Below the pieces are notes generated by a model. That model did not search any database and had not been told where the DNA came from. It was given only the letters and a program-made list of their open reading frames with translations. The position numbers and the translations under genes were made by a program. Positions 19,527-29,533 of a stretch of 64,000 bases of DNA are shown one piece after another. Position 1 is the first letter of the stretch. Every line of letters starts with the position of its first letter. This DNA comes from an uncultured beta proteobacterium. Its GTDB lineage: Bacteria > Pseudomonadota > Gammaproteobacteria > Burkholderiales > SG8-41. The stretch is from assembly GCA_963734595.1 (NCBI GenBank), contig CAVTHV010000018.1, positions 248,962-312,961 on the forward strand. The letters run 5' to 3'.

Positions 19527-19723
19527 GAGGGGGCCTGGGGTGGGGCGTGTCGGACCATTATAGCGTCAAGCGCTCTACCCCCGCGCCGAGCCAGGATAAA
19601 TGGCAGGCCGGCAATCCTTTCTCGGCGGATTTCGCGCGGGACTTTCACGATTCCGGCCCGATACTCCATCCAGGGTGATTGCGTACGGAATGCCGCGCCG
19701 ACGCAGAGTTGCACGACCCGGAA

Positions 19724-19756
19724 CAAAAAAAGGGCGGCCGCAGCCGCCCTTTTTTC
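19724..19756. terminator. bidirectional rho-independent terminator candidate
   Basis: AAAAAAAGGGCGGC-CGCA-GCCGCCCTTTTTT. Confidence 0.55.
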
Positions 19757-19797
19757 ACTGACCCCCGCCTTCGCGGGGACACTTTGTCAGGGATCTC

Positions 19798-20784
19798 TTA
19801 GTAGGCTTTCAGCTTGGCGATGCGGATCGCGTTGCCGAAGTTCTGCCACTCGGAATCGATGAACTTGGCGAACTCTGCCGGGGTGTCGGTCTCCGGGTCG
19901 CCGCCCGCGCGTTCCATCAATTTTGCCGTGTCGGGTTCGTTCACCGTCTTGACGAGCGCGGCATGCAGCTTGGCGATGATCGGTTTCGGCGTGCCTTTGG
20001 GCGCGAGCAGGCCGATCCAGCCGCCCGAGAAAAAGCCCGGCAATCCCGACTCGATCAGCGTGGGCAGTTCCGGCATCAGCGCCATGCGTTTCTTGCCGCC
20101 GCTCGCGAGCGCGCGCAGGCGGCCCGCGCGGATGTGGCCCACCACGGCCGGCGCGGGGGTGATCGTGACCTGCGATTCGCCGGCGATGACCGCGCCGACC
20201 GAGGCGCCGCCGCCCTTGTAGGGCACATGGACCACGTCAAGCTTTGCAGCGCTCGCCAGCAGCACGCCTGCCAGATGGCTCTGCGTGCCCGCGCCGGCGT
20301 TCGCCATGTTGAGCTTGCCGGGATTGGCGCCGGCGTAAGCGATCAGCTCTTTCAGGCTGTGCACGGGCAGTTTGGGATTGACCACCAGGATGTTCTGGGT
20401 GACGGCGATCAGGGAAATCGGCTCGAAACTCTTGGCCGGATCGTACTTGAGCTTGCCGACGATCTGCGGGCCGATCGACTGCGAGGCGGTGGCGGTCGCG
20501 AACAGCGTGTACCCGTCCGGGGTCGCGAACGCGGTCAGTTCGCCGGCGATGGTGCCGCCCGCGCCGGGGCGGTTGTCGACCACGATCTGCTGGCCGAGCA
20601 GCGCGCCCATCTTGGCGGACACGATGCGGCTGATCGTGTCGTTCGACGCGCCGGGATTCTGCGGGACGATGAGCCGGATCGGCCTGCTGGGATAATTCGC
20701 CGCGGCGTCGGCGGCGGTGGCGAGTCCCTGGTGAAACAGTGCGGCGATGCCGAGTACAAGTGCTGATTTCAAAGTGCGCTGCAT
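19798..20784 (-). CDS. Bug-family (TctC-like) substrate-binding protein
   Basis: Signal peptide plus YPSRPIRLIVPQNPGASNDT...DNRPGAGG...PDGYTL...VPYKGGGAS. Confidence 0.9.
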   Translation of the reverse strand: MQRTLKSALVLGIAALFHQGLATAADAAANYPSRPIRLIVPQNPGASNDTISRIVSAKMGALLGQQIVVDNRPGAGGTIAGELTAFATPDGYTLFATATASQSIGPQIVGKLKYDPAKSFEPISLIAVTQNILVVNPKLPVHSLKELIAYAGANPGKLNMANAGAGTQSHLAGVLLASAAKLDVVHVPYKGGGASVGAVIAGESQVTITPAPAVVGHIRAGRLRALASGGKKRMALMPELPTLIESGLPGFFSGGWIGLLAPKGTPKPIIAKLHAALVKTVNEPDTAKLMERAGGDPETDTPAEFAKFIDSEWQNFGNAIRIAKLKAY

Positions 20785-21098
20785 GGTGGTTCTCCTCGTT
20801 TCTTGATAATGATGTCAGCGGTGGTTACCGGAGTGCAAGACTTGCTTGCGGTGTACCGGGCGCCGGAGCCGATAATTTTTTGACCCGATGTCAGGCGGCC
20901 CATAGAATAATGCAGAGTACCCTCGCAGCGCAACCAGAAGCAGTGCGATTGCCCGCATCAGTTATGTAGACCCGGCCAGCATCACCGATCCGCAGATCAG
21001 GCGCTGGCTGAAGACACTATCGGCCAAACAGGGCGAACTCGACGCTTTCCTGAAAGAGAAACAAAAAAATGGCTGCCGATAAGATCAAGTTCAAAGTC

Positions 21099-21183
21099 AA
21101 AAAGCATTAACCACAGAGAGCACAGAGAACACAGAGAAAGAAAAACATCACGGATCGGTTCGGAATTCTCCACTCTCTGTGTA
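21099..21183. repeat. palindromic element, copy 4 (CACAGAGAA type, degenerate right arm)
   Basis: AAAAAGCATTAACCACAGAGAGCACAGAGAACACAGAGAAAG ... CTCCACTCTCTGTGTA. Confidence 0.75.
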
Positions 21184-21273
21184 CCCGTCAAGCGCACCCG
21201 TCGAGCGGGTGTTGAAAAGAGTCTAGCTCTTGGCGGTCCTATAGCGGCTAGTTTTTGAATTTGTTACGGGTTC

Positions 21274-22433
21274 TCAGGACTGCAGCCGCCGCAGCATCCA
21301 CGGCATCACCACCTTTTCGAAGATCGCGGGACTTGGCCATTGCGGCGAGCGGCCCATGTGCCCGCCGGCCGGGTTGACCCACGCTTCCTTGGCGTCGCCG
21401 TGCTGCAGCAGCACGAAGATGTCCGCGATCGGTATCTGGGAATCGCGTGCGCCGTTGACCAGCAGCATCGGCGCCGAGGGCTGGTCGAGCAGTCCTGAAT
21501 CGAGCAGCGAAAATTTCTGCGCGCGTTCGAGCAGGTCTTCGATGGAGGCAGCCCCGAACAGCGCCGCCTTGGCCTCGAAGTAATCGTAAAGGTACTCGTC
21601 GGTTTTCAGCGACCGGCGCAGCCAGTCCGGCTGGAAATAGCCGTGCACCGGCCCGCCGTGCACCACGCTGCCGCGCAGGCGGGCGCGCTCGGTGTGCCCG
21701 AGCTTGGCGGCCCAGTAGCCGCTCCAGCTGCGGCCCTGCACCACGATGCGCCCGGCGTCGACGTCCCGGCGCGTGGCGAGATAGTCGAGCGCGGCGGAGA
21801 ACATGCGGTCGCTGTCGGGCGTGGCGATCTCGATGGGCGCGTCCCCGGTGCCCGGCAGATCGATCGCGAACAGGCCGATGCCGTGCTGCAGATAGTGGTC
21901 GCTGTAGGCGGCGATGTCCTCCTTGCGCGAATCGAGCCCGGCGATGGCGAAGACGAGGGGCGACGGGCGCACATTTGCCGGCAGCCGCAGGTAGGCGACG
22001 ATCTCCTTGCCTTCGAACGGGATGCGCACCACTTCCATCGCCGGCTCGAGCAGCCGGCTGTACTGGCGGAAGATTTCGTGCGCGCGCTGCTTTGCGTGCT
22101 GTTTTGCCGGTGAATTTTCCACCGGCCAGCGCGCAAAATGGTGGAGGCGCCAGGCGCGCCAATAGTGTTCGCGCACCACGTCGGCGGCGGCCCCGGGCTG
22201 ACTGCGCGCTGGTGATGTGTTGTTCAGCGATATTGCTCCACGCCTGCGCCCATTGGTCGCGATCCAGGCTGTCGATCTGCGCCAGCGCGGCGCGCGCATC
22301 CTCGGATCCGATGCCGCCGAGCGGCGGCATATTGCGGTCGGCCCGGCGCTGCACTTCCTGCTTGAGTTCGGAGAGACTGCGCGAGCCTCCGGTGATCAGA
22401 TCGTTGGCGGCTCGCGGCGGCGTTGGGGGGCAT
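21274..22433 (-). pseudogene. alpha/beta hydrolase (FrsA/DUF1100-like), about 2 frameshifts in the N-terminal part
   Basis: AGGAG RBS plus ATG at 22433. Pieces are ANDLITGGSRSLSELKQEVQRRADRNMPPLGG..., then IAEQHITSAQS / ...VVREHYWRAWRLHHFARWP...AIAGLDSRKED...GRSWSGYWA... Confidence 0.75.
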
Positions 22434-22606
22434 GATGGCTCCTGTTGTGTGGAAAGTCGCCGGCAACATTACCATTACGGCGCCCCGGTGGGGAATGGGA
22501 AAGTCCCCGGAACGGCCGTCGCAACCGGCATACCGGGCCCGGATAGCGGAACTTGCCGCATGCGGTGGTGTCCTTCGACTCTACGGTTTTCAGCTAAGAT
22601 GACAGC

Positions 22607-23488
22607 ATGAGATGGCGTAAATGGATCGTTGTGGTGCTGGTGGCGGCGCTTTCGGCCTGCGCCACCGCGCCGGTCGACTACACGGCCGCGGACGCGCCGC
22701 GCACCGCGCAGATCACGCCGGTCAAGTTGAAGCGGCCGGTGATCGGTCTCGTGCTCGGCGCCGGCGGCTCCCGCGGCTTCGCCCACGTCGGCGTCATCAA
22801 GGCGCTGGAAGCTGCCGGCATCGAGCCTGATCTCGTCGTCGGGGCCAGTTCCGGTGCCATCGTCGCTTCTCTTTATGCCGGGGGCTTCCGCTCCGCGTCG
22901 CTCGAGAAAATCGCGCTGCAGGTGGAGGACCGGGATCTTTTCGACTTCACGCTGTTCGGGCCCGGGGTCATCGAAGGCGGGCGCCTGCAGGAGTTCGTCA
23001 ACGAAACGCTCGGCAACCGGCCGATCGAAGCGCTCGACAAGCCGTTTGCCGCCGTCGCCGCGGAGCGCGAGACCAGCCGCATGACGGTGTTCAATCACGG
23101 CAATACCGGCGTGGCGGTGCGCGCATCGGCGAGCGTGCCGAAGCTGTTCTGGCCCGTGATCATACGCGGCGCGGAATACGTCGATGGCGGGACGGCGAGC
23201 CGCGTGCCGGTGCCGGTGGCGCGCGCCATGGGCGCCGACGTCGTCATCGCAGTCGATGTGTCCTGGCGCGGGTCGGAGGACGCCAACCAGGCCGATGTCG
23301 TGATCCGGCCGCCGACCATCCGCACGCGAATCACCGATTTAAATCACAAGGTCGAAAACATGGCGGCCGGCGAGGAAGCGGCGCGCGCGGCCATTCCGCG
23401 CATCCGCGAACTGATCGCGAGGGTCGCGAGCGAGAAAACGCGCATCGCGAACCTTGGCTTCGTTCCGGTCGCCGCGGCTGCGCGCTAG
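22607..23488 (+). CDS. patatin-like phospholipase, lipoprotein
   Basis: LSAC lipobox, GAGGSRG oxyanion motif, GASSG nucleophile motif. Confidence 0.9.
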   Translation: MRWRKWIVVVLVAALSACATAPVDYTAADAPRTAQITPVKLKRPVIGLVLGAGGSRGFAHVGVIKALEAAGIEPDLVVGASSGAIVASLYAGGFRSASLEKIALQVEDRDLFDFTLFGPGVIEGGRLQEFVNETLGNRPIEALDKPFAAVAAERETSRMTVFNHGNTGVAVRASASVPKLFWPVIIRGAEYVDGGTASRVPVPVARAMGADVVIAVDVSWRGSEDANQADVVIRPPTIRTRITDLNHKVENMAAGEEAARAAIPRIRELIARVASEKTRIANLGFVPVAAAAR

Positions 23489-23724
23489 AAAAACGTGAAA
23501 GCATAGACACGAAGGACACAAAGGACACGAAGGAAGGCAAAAAACAAATAAATGTCCCGGAATATCATTATGAAAACAACCGGGACTTTGCAAAGCTACC
23601 GTTTCAGCACATTGGACATAAAGTATCGCCTGATTTCATTTCGATTGATTTGATTTCTCTGTGGCATATTTGTCCTGTTCGTGTCTTCCTTCGTGTCCTT
23701 TGCGTCCTTCGCGTTCATGCTTTC
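23489..23724. repeat. palindromic element, copy 5 (GACACRAAG-type arms)
   Basis: GAAAGCATAGACACGAAGGACACAAAGGACACGAAGGAAGG ... CTTCCTTCGTGTCCTTTGCGTCCTTCGCGTTCATGCTTTC. It starts right after the TAG stop at 23486-23488. Confidence 0.85.
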
Positions 23725-23762
23725 TTCTTCAGCGGTGAGACAATCAAGGGAGGAGAGTCATC

Positions 23763-24980
23763 GTGGCTGATCAACGCCCGTTCGCGGGCATCAAGGTGCT
23801 CGATCTCACGCGCGTGCTGGCGGGGCCGTTCTGCGCTTATCAGCTCGGGCTGCTCGGCGCCGAGGTCATCAAGATCGAGCGGCCCGGCCGCGGCGAAACG
23901 GTGCGCTGGCGCGCCGAAGCCGATCCGTCCTTCGGCAGGCAGGGCATGTCGCTGGGTTTCATGACCCAGTCGGCCAACAAGCGTTTTCTCACCCTCGATA
24001 TCGACAAACCCGAAGGCCGGGACATTTTCCTGAAGCTTGCCGCGGACGCCGACGTCGTGATTCAGAATCTGCGGTCGGGCTCGGCGGAGAAGCGCGGCAT
24101 CGGCTACGAGGACATCAAGGCGGCCAATCCGAAGGCGATCTTCTGCGCGATCACGGCCTACGGCACCAGCGGCCCGAAAAAAAGCCATCCCGCGTACGAC
24201 AGCGTGATCCAGGCCTGGTCCGGGCTGATGAGCATCACCGGCACGCCGCAGAGCGCGCCGCTCAAGGTCGGACCGCCCGTCATCGACTATGCGACGGGCA
24301 TCGCCGCGGCCTACGCGGTTTCGGCTGCGCTTTATCAGCGCAGCCATACCGGCACGGGCCAGTTCATCGATCTGTCGATGCTCGACACGACGATGATACT
24401 CATGTCATCGGTCGTCACCGCGTACCTCAATACCGGTGTGCCGCCCAAGCCGGCGGGCAATGACGCGTCGAGCCGCGCGCCGGCGTCCACCACGTTCAAC
24501 ACCGCCGACGGCCTGCTCGCGCTCGCCATCAACGAAGAACATCAGTATCAGAACCTGCTCAAGGGCCTCGGACTGGAAGCGCTCAACGGCGATCCGCGTT
24601 TCGCCGAGCCTGCGGCACGGCGCGACAACGTGCCGGCGCTGCGGGCGGCGCTGCAACAGGCGCTGATGACGCGCACTGCGCTGGAATGGGAAACGCTGCT
24701 CAATGAATTGTGCGTGCCCGCGGGTCGGGTGCGCACCGTGCCGGACTGCGTCGCCGATGCGCAGATCGCATCGCGCGGATTGTTTCACACCTTTCCGGCG
24801 GGCGAGACTGGATTTGCGCGTGACCTCCAGGTGCCGCTCGCACCGTTTCGCTTCGAACATGACGGGCCGAAGGCGGAAACGCCGCCGCGGCCGGTTGGCG
24901 CCGATACCGATGCGATATTAAACGAACTGGGTTTCAGCGGCGCAGACGTGCAGCGCCTGCGCGAGCGCGGCGTTATCTGA
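23763..24980 (+). CDS. CaiB/BaiF family (class III) CoA-transferase
   Basis: GIKVLDLTRVLAGPFCAYQLGLLGAEVIKIE N-terminus. GTG start with a GGGAGGAG RBS. Confidence 0.9.
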   Translation: MADQRPFAGIKVLDLTRVLAGPFCAYQLGLLGAEVIKIERPGRGETVRWRAEADPSFGRQGMSLGFMTQSANKRFLTLDIDKPEGRDIFLKLAADADVVIQNLRSGSAEKRGIGYEDIKAANPKAIFCAITAYGTSGPKKSHPAYDSVIQAWSGLMSITGTPQSAPLKVGPPVIDYATGIAAAYAVSAALYQRSHTGTGQFIDLSMLDTTMILMSSVVTAYLNTGVPPKPAGNDASSRAPASTTFNTADGLLALAINEEHQYQNLLKGLGLEALNGDPRFAEPAARRDNVPALRAALQQALMTRTALEWETLLNELCVPAGRVRTVPDCVADAQIASRGLFHTFPAGETGFARDLQVPLAPFRFEHDGPKAETPPRPVGADTDAILNELGFSGADVQRLRERGVI

Positions 24981-25872
24981 GCGCCGACTGCTGTATGCGC
25001 GTCCGCGGCACGCGCCCGATCTGCCAGTGGGACAGCGCCCATCGCCAGATCGCGTCAACACCCGCGGCGGCCAGATCCGCGGGCGGGTGCTGGCCCAGAA
25101 ACAACAGAGCGTCGACCAGAAACGGCGCGGGCCGCGATGGATCGACGGGCGGCGCCAGCGTCTGTTTGCTGAGCTTCTCGCCATGCTCGTTGACCGCCAC
25201 CGGCAGATGGGCATAACGCGGCTGCGGCAAACCGAGCCGCTGCTGCAGGTAGATCTGGCGCGGCGTCGAGTCGAGCAGATCGGCGCCGCGCACGACGTCG
25301 GTGATTCCCTGTTCCGCGTCGTCGACGACTACCGCGAGCTGGTAGGCAAATATCCCGTCGAAGCGGAAGAGCACGAAATCGCCGACGGCCGTTTCCACGT
25401 TTTGCGCGATGCGGCCCTGCAGCGCATCGTCGAATTCGATATTGGCGCCGCGCGTATCGATCCGCAGCACGCGCGCGGGCTTGCCTGGCGGCAGCCCCGA
25501 GCGGCAGGTTCCGGGATAGACATAACCTTCGATGCCGGCGATGCCCGAATCGGCGATTTCGCGCCGGCTGCAGGCGCAGAAATAAACCAGCTTGCGCTGC
25601 CGCAGCTCGTGCAGCGCCGCGTGATAAGCATCGCTGTGCGTGCTTTGGTAGACGACCGCGCCGTCCCAGCGCATGCCGCAGGCCTCGAGCGTGCGCAGGA
25701 TGTCGTCGCCCGCTCCCGGCACCACGCGCGGCGTATCGAGGTCTTCGATGCGCACCAGCCACTCGCCGCCGCGGGTCTTCGCCTCGAGATAGCTGCCGAC
25801 TGCCGCGACCAGCGAGCCGAAGTGCAGCGGGCCGGTAGGCGAAGGCGCGAAACGGCCGCGATAAGGTTTCAT
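24973..25872 (-). CDS. gluQ: tRNA glutamyl-Q(34) synthetase
   Basis: YRGRFAPSPTGPLHFGSLVAA...LVRIEDLD...CACSRREI...YPGTCR...FAYQLAVVVDD...VVRGADLL...KLSKQ. Confidence 0.85.
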   Translation of the reverse strand: MKPYRGRFAPSPTGPLHFGSLVAAVGSYLEAKTRGGEWLVRIEDLDTPRVVPGAGDDILRTLEACGMRWDGAVVYQSTHSDAYHAALHELRQRKLVYFCACSRREIADSGIAGIEGYVYPGTCRSGLPPGKPARVLRIDTRGANIEFDDALQGRIAQNVETAVGDFVLFRFDGIFAYQLAVVVDDAEQGITDVVRGADLLDSTPRQIYLQQRLGLPQPRYAHLPVAVNEHGEKLSKQTLAPPVDPSRPAPFLVDALLFLGQHPPADLAAAGVDAIWRWALSHWQIGRVPRTRIQQSALR

Positions 25873-26070
25873 GCGCCAAGTGTAATTAATGCGTTGACAG
25901 CGCACGAGGACGCGATAGCGTCGCATCAGGCAATGCCTTGGCCGTATAAATATAAGCCGTTGTTTTTATTTATATATATGCTTTTCCTTCGCGGCCATTG
26001 TTTTTTTGAATTAGGAAGTAACTGAGCGGCGCCTGATAAAATTCCAGCTTCACCGACTTTCTCCACGTCC

Positions 26071-27459
26071 ATGGCCGCGCCGCTGCTGACCGAGCTTCCC
26101 TACCATTCCGACAGCGTCGCGCTGTTCGAGGCGATCGTCGATTTGCCGTGGGCGGTGTTCCTCGACAGCGGGCAGCACCATCCGGGGCAGTCGCGCTACG
26201 ACATTCTTGCCGCGCAGCCCTTCGTGCGCCTGATCACGCGCGGCAACCTGACCGAGATCCATGCCGAGGCGATCGAGCTGTCGCGCGACGACCCGTTTTC
26301 GCTGGTGCGGCGCTATCTCGACATCGATCCCGGCCTGGGCAGCGAGTTGCCGTTCTGCGGCGGGGCCATCGGCTATTTCGGCTACGACCTGGCGCGGCGC
26401 CTGGAGTCATTGCCCGTCGTAGCCGAAGACGCCGAAAAAATTCCCGAGATGGCGATCGGCATCTACGACTGGGCGGTCGTCGTCGACCACCGCGAACGCA
26501 GGAGCTGGCTGGTGGGGCAGGGGCGCGATCCCGATACCGACATCAAGTGGAACGACCTGGTCCGGCGCTTCAGCGAACCGCCAGGAGAAACATCGCGCGT
26601 GCCGTTCCGCATCACGTCGCCGGTGGCGTCCAACATGACGCGCGAGTCCTATGGCCGCTGCGTTTCGCCGCATTCACGACTATATCGAGGACGGCGATTG
26701 CTACCAGGTCAATCTTGCGCAGCGCTTTGCGGCGGCGGCTTCCGGCGATCCGTGGCTCGCCTATCAGGCGCTGCGCGTGATCAACCCGGCGCCGTTCTCG
26801 GCCTACCTGAGCACGCCGTATGCGCAGATCCTGTCGGCTTCGCCGGAACGCTTTCTGAAAGTGGAACGCGGCCAGGTCGAGACCCGTCCGATCAAGGGCA
26901 CGCGGCCGCGCGCCGGCCACCCGCGGCTCGACGCCGAACTCGCGGAGGCGCTGCGTCACAGCGAGAAGGACCGGGCCGAGAACGTGATGATCGTCGACCT
27001 GCTGCGCAACGATCTGTCGAAGAACTGCGCGCCCCGCTCGGTGAAAGTGCCGAAGCTGTTCGACGTCGAGAGTTTCGCCACGGTGCATCACCTGGTGAGC
27101 ACGGTGACCGGCGAGCTCAAATCCGGGCGCGACGCGCTCGACCTGCTGCGCGGCTGTTTTCCCGGCGGCTCGGTCACCGGCGCGCCCAAGCTGCGCGCGA
27201 TGCAGATCATCGAGGATCTCGAGCCGCACCGCCGCGGCGTCTATTGCGGCGCGATCGGCTATGTCGGCTTCGACGGCAACATGGACACCAGCATCGCGAT
27301 CCGCACGCTGGTCAATTCACGGCGGCGTGATGCGCTTCTGGGCCGGCGGCGGCATCGTCGCCGATTCGACGCTCGAGGACGAATACCAGGAAACCTTCGA
27401 CAAGGCCGCGGCGATGCTGCAAGCTACTGCAGCAGAGCGCGGCGAGCCGGACCGGCATG
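26071..27459 (+). pseudogene. pabB: aminodeoxychorismate synthase component I, about 3 frameshifts
   Basis: ...CGGAIGYFGYDLARRLE..., then DYIEDGDCYQVNLAQRF...SASPERFL...IKGTRPR...EKDRAENVMIVDLLRND...FPGGSVTGAPK...RGVYCGAIGY..., then ...WAGGGIVADSTLEDEYQETFDKA. Shifts lie near 26645, 27320 and 27425. Confidence 0.8.
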
Positions 27460-27471
27460 TAATTCCGGCAA

Positions 27472-28785
27472 ATGGCAGACCTCCATCACATCGTCATCGT
27501 CGGCGGCGGCGCCGGCGGCCTGGAGCTGGCGACGCGGCTGGGCGATTCGCTCGGCAGGCGCGGGCGCGCGCGCATCACGCTGATCGACCGCACGCGCACC
27601 CATCTGTGGAAACCGTTGCTGCATGAAGTTGCGGCCGGCAGCATGGACCTCGATCATCACACCCTCAACTATCTCGCCCAGGCGCGCTGGCACCACTTCC
27701 AGTTCCAGCACGGCAGCATGGACGGCCTCGACCGCGCGCGGCGCGTGGTGTCGGTGGCGCCGACGCTCGACGACGGGGGCCGCGAGCTGATCCCGCGCCG
27801 GGAGATCGGCTACGACACGCTGGTGATCGCGGTCGGCAGCCATACCAACGATTTCGGCACGCCCGGCGCGCGCGAGCATGCGATCAGCCTCGATACGCTG
27901 AAGCAGGCGGAGCTGTTTCACCAGCGGCTGATCAATGCCTGCATCCGCGCCAATGCCCAGGCCGCGCCGCTCGCGCCCGAGCAGCTCAACGTCGCGATCA
28001 TCGGTGCCGGGGCGACCGGGGTCGAGCTTGCCGCCGAGCTGCACAAGACGACGCGCGAACTGGTGGCTTATGGCCTGGAGAACATCGATCCCGAGCGCGA
28101 CATCAAGCTCACGCTGATCGAGGCCGGCCCGCGCGTGCTGCCGGCGCTGCCCGAGCGGCTGTCGGCCGCGACCGAGGAACTGCTTGCGTCGCTCAGGGTG
28201 CGGGTGCTGACCGGCGAGCGCGTCACCGAAGTGCGCGCAGACGGCGTGACGACGGCGAGCGGCAAGAAGATACCGGCGGAACTGACCGTGTGGGCGGCCG
28301 GCATCATGGCCCCCGAGTTTCTCGAAAACATCGGCGGGCTGGAGACCAACCGGCTGAATCAGCTGGTGGTGACGCAGACGCTGGAGACGACGCGCGACGC
28401 GAACGTGTTTGCCTTCGGCGACTGCGCATGTTGTCCATGGCCGGGCCATGAGCGCGGCGTGCCGCCGCGCGCGCAGGCGGCGCATCAGCAGGCCTTTCAC
28501 CTGGTGAAGAATCTGGGGCGGCGCCTTGCCGGCCGGCCGCTCAGGCCTTACGTCTACCGCGATTTCGGTTCGCTGGTTTCTCTCGGCAAATACTCGACCG
28601 TCGGCAGCCTGATGGGCGCGCTCATGGGCGGCAGCATTTTCATCGAGGGCCTGTTCGCGCGATTCATGTACGTTTCGCTCTACCGCATGCATCTCTACGC
28701 GCTGCACGGTTTCACCAAGATGCTGTTCGATACGCTGGTGCGCATGATCACGCATCGCACGGAGCCGCGCGTCAAACTTCATTAA
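27472..28785 (+). CDS. ndh: type II NADH dehydrogenase (NAD(P)/FAD-dependent oxidoreductase)
   Basis: HIVIVGGGAGGLELATRLG, a second dinucleotide fold VAIIGAGATGVELAAEL, GDCA motif. Confidence 0.9.
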   Translation: MADLHHIVIVGGGAGGLELATRLGDSLGRRGRARITLIDRTRTHLWKPLLHEVAAGSMDLDHHTLNYLAQARWHHFQFQHGSMDGLDRARRVVSVAPTLDDGGRELIPRREIGYDTLVIAVGSHTNDFGTPGAREHAISLDTLKQAELFHQRLINACIRANAQAAPLAPEQLNVAIIGAGATGVELAAELHKTTRELVAYGLENIDPERDIKLTLIEAGPRVLPALPERLSAATEELLASLRVRVLTGERVTEVRADGVTTASGKKIPAELTVWAAGIMAPEFLENIGGLETNRLNQLVVTQTLETTRDANVFAFGDCACCPWPGHERGVPPRAQAAHQQAFHLVKNLGRRLAGRPLRPYVYRDFGSLVSLGKYSTVGSLMGALMGGSIFIEGLFARFMYVSLYRMHLYALHGFTKMLFDTLVRMITHRTEPRVKLH

Positions 28786-28935
28786 AAGCTTGAACGCGAA
28801 GGACACAAAGGACACGAAGGAAAAAATCGAAAACCCGATATTTCTCCAGGGGTATTGTCTTTCTATCGATCTGGCGGCCATGATTTCCGCCGTGCACGAA
28901 GGAAATCTTCGGGACTTTTGCAATGCTCTTGTATT
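28784..28935. repeat. palindromic element, copy 6 (left arm intact, right arm degenerate)
   Basis: The ndh TAA is embedded in TTAAAAGCTTGAACGCGAAGGACACAAAGGACACGAAGGAAAAAA. The decayed right end reads ...ACTTTTGCAATGCTCTTG. Confidence 0.7.
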
Positions 28936-28964
28936 CTGCGAATTTATTTCGGTCGGAGAGGATG

Positions 28965-29074
28965 ATGGCAACGGTGAGCTGACGAAGGACAATTTTGAAG
29001 ACGTGGTGACCAAGAACGACATGGTCATTGTCGATTTCCGGGCACCGTGGTGCGGGCACGTCGCGACACGTTAG
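28965..29074 (+). pseudogene. truncated duplicate of the thioredoxin 5' end
   Basis: About 90 nt nearly identical to 29140-29231, including ATGGCAAC and ...AAGGACAATTTTGAAGACGTGGTGACCAAGAACGACATGGTCATTGT.GATTTC.GGGCACCGTGGTGCGG. Identity ends inside the WCGPC codons (the copy reads WCGH...) and the copy carries an early frameshift. Confidence 0.65.
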
Positions 29075-29139
29075 GCGCAGCCCCGTTTGCGGGAGCGGCG
29101 TGCGGGGGCCGCAAGAGATGAGATTAGGAGAAAGATAAT

Positions 29140-29514
29140 ATGGCAACAGTGGAATTGACCAAGGACAATTTTGAAGACGTGGTGACCAAGAACGACATGG
29201 TCATTGTGGATTTCTGGGCACCGTGGTGCGGCCCCTGCAAAGGTTTCGCGCCGGTATTCGAGGCGGCGTCCGAAAAATATCAGGATGTCGTGTTTGCCAA
29301 GGTCAATACCGACATCGAGCAGGAGCTAGCGGGCCATTTCGGGATCCGCTCGATTCCGACGCTGATGATGTTCAGAGAAAAAGTGATTTTGCTTTCCCAG
29401 GCGGGCGCGCTGCCGGCCTCGGGGCTCGACAGCGTGATCACGCAGGCGAAGGCGCTCGACATGGAACAGGTGCACAAGGAGATCGCCGAGCAGCAGGCGC
29501 AGCAAAAAACCTGA
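29140..29514 (+). CDS. thioredoxin
   Basis: DFWAPWCGPCK active site and IRSIPT cis-Pro loop. Confidence 0.9.
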   Translation: MATVELTKDNFEDVVTKNDMVIVDFWAPWCGPCKGFAPVFEAASEKYQDVVFAKVNTDIEQELAGHFGIRSIPTLMMFREKVILLSQAGALPASGLDSVITQAKALDMEQVHKEIAEQQAQQKT

Positions 29515-29533
29515 AACTTTCTTGCGGAGGCCC

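Noticed and set aside
20906-21082. A short open frame ending ...SAIARISYVDPASITDPQIRRWLKTLSAKQGELDAFLKEKQKNGCR-TAA, 17 nt before element copy 4.
   Set aside because: It has no start codon in frame (a TAG lies at 20903-20905) and I could not assign a family. It may be the 3' remnant of a lost gene, but there is too little evidence to annotate it.
25978-25996. ATGCTTTTCCTTCGCGGCC in the gluQ-pabB divergent region, and GGGAATGCTTTTCGC at about 13833-13847, resemble pieces of the element terminus or arm.
   Set aside because: Both are too short, and the order of terminus and arm does not match the family architecture. They could be decayed relics or chance matches.
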